Shown here one piece after another: positions 34,363 through 35,290 of a stretch of 35,290 nucleotides of DNA (positions are counted from its first letter, which is position 1; the number at the start of each line of letters is the position of its first letter). The translations under genes were made by a program, and so were the position numbers. Origin of the DNA: Puniceicoccales bacterium (GTDB lineage Bacteria; Verrucomicrobiota; Verrucomicrobiia; Opitutales; UBA953); contig JAITXH010000114.1 in assembly GCA_031284845.1 (NCBI GenBank), forward strand, positions 1 through 35,290, in the 5' to 3' direction. The notes under the pieces are model-generated. The model was not told where the DNA came from and did no database searches. It saw nothing but the letters and a program-made list of their open reading frames with translations.

Positions 34363-35290
34363 ACTACGAATTCACATTCCAGATGTTCGCGACGGAAATC
34401 GCGCTCGTCATCGGTGCACTGCTCGTGCTCGCTGTGGATTTGGCGCTTCTGCGCGGGAAGCCGCACGGGGTGCGCGTGGGCGTAGCCACTGCGATTGGTT
34501 TGTTTGCAGTGTTGGCGGCTGGATGGGAAAGCTTTGGTGTGAATCAGTTTGTTCTGTCGCGTGGCTACGAACCAATCGTAGCCTCTTTCCTGTCGGGGCA
34601 CTTTCTCGGCTCTGGACGCTTTATCTTAAACGCTAAACTCGTCGCTCTCGCGCTCGGTGCGCTAACGCTTCTGCTCATCGCGGGAACCTCGCGCCTGAAA
34701 AATCCCGCAGAACATGTCGCGCTGACGCTCTTCGCTCTCGCGGGAATTACGTTGATGTGCGCGGCGCAAAATCTGCTCGTGATTTTCCTCGCGCTGGAGT
34801 TGGCGAGCTTGTCGCTCTACATCCTCGCGGGCTTCGATAAGACGCGCCCCGAATCGGCAGAGGCCGGTCTGAAATACTTCCTCTACGGCGGCACAGCGGC
34901 GGCGTTTCTGCTCTTCGGGTTTAGCCTGCTCTACGGGTTGACCGGAGAAATCCATTTGCCCCTTATCGCGACGAAACTGGCCACGTTGCCCACGTCACCC
35001 TTGCTCGTAGTGGCGCTTGTAATGGTGCTTGTCGGCTTTGGCTACAAGGCGGCGGCGGCACCCTTTCACCTGTGGGCGCCGGATGCTTATCAAGGCGCAC
35101 CGGTGACCTCCGCAGCGTTGATTGCGTCGGCGTCGAAGGTGGGCGGACTCGTGTTGCTTGCGCGGTTTTTGATAGCGGCGAGCGAGGGTAAAGAGGAATG
35201 GAGGGGCGAATATTTTATATCCAAGTGGACGCCCCACAGCGGCTGGTTTGTCGTGCTCGCGGTGCTGATTGTGGCATCGCTGTTGCTCGG
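34359..35290 (+). CDS. nuoN: NADH-quinone oxidoreductase subunit N (3'-truncated by the window end)
   Basis: The frame is open from ATG 34359 (ATGA overlap with the nuoM stop) to the window end. The product begins MNYEFTFQMFATEIALVIGALLVLA... and contains LVIFLALELASLSLYILAGF, KYFLYGG and APFHLWAPDAYQGAP. It is absent from the ORF track because it has no stop codon. Confidence 0.9.
   Translation, partial: MNYEFTFQMFATEIALVIGALLVLAVDLALLRGKPHGVRVGVATAIGLFAVLAAGWESFGVNQFVLSRGYEPIVASFLSGHFLGSGRFILNAKLVALALGALTLLLIAGTSRLKNPAEHVALTLFALAGITLMCAAQNLLVIFLALELASLSLYILAGFDKTRPESAEAGLKYFLYGGTAAAFLLFGFSLLYGLTGEIHLPLIATKLATLPTSPLLVVALVMVLVGFGYKAAAAPFHLWAPDAYQGAPVTSAALIASASKVGGLVLLARFLIAASEGKEEWRGEYFISKWTPHSGWFVVLAVLIVASLLL

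Overview
This is a high-GC bacterial chromosomal window that is mostly housekeeping. I call 31 protein genes, one extra 32-aa candidate ORF and one tRNA. The stand-alone pseudopilin operon and the repeat families suggest a Verrucomicrobiota/PVC-type Gram-negative, but that is inference only. In order, the window holds: a gene-free repeat mosaic (1-476); a Tat-signal Gfo/Idh/MocA oxidoreductase; hisC; a YugP-type Zn peptidase; tlyA; ispH; a 767-bp non-coding gap carrying a MITE-like element; a TonB-dependent receptor directly downstream of an isolated bioB; lpxB; a GH13 debranching enzyme; a minus-strand pseudopilin operon (gspG-H-I-J-K plus an L/M(PilN)-like protein); a divergently transcribed RGG/DRG-repeat disordered protein followed by a FEN-type 5'-3' exonuclease; a TolC-like/HlyD/FtsX-permease/ABC-ATPase efflux operon; an inverted triple-hairpin repeat; a signal-peptide nitroreductase-fold protein with an FAD oxidoreductase; tRNA-Glu(UUC); an nfeD-micropeptide-floA-membrane protein operon; an ADP-ribosylglycohydrolase; a DUF805 protein; a second MITE-like nested inverted repeat; and nuoM with a 3'-truncated nuoN. 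I found no CRISPR array, reverse transcriptase, integrase, transposase or recognisable defence enzymes, so no clear-cut novel multi-gene system is demonstrable here. The observations most worth follow-up are: (1) two near-identical BirA-operator-like palindromes, one over the bioB start and one in front of the TonB-dependent receptor, which suggest a biotin/desthiobiotin outer-membrane salvage module; (2) three unrelated structured inverted-repeat elements, two of them with target-site-duplication-like flanks and two showing compensatory stem changes; (3) the eukaryote-like RGG/DRG low-complexity protein next to the exonuclease; (4) the flotillin operon with an unannotated micropeptide ORF and a neighbouring orphan ADP-ribosylglycohydrolase. 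All functional calls rest on my reading of the translated ORFs and motifs. No database search was run.
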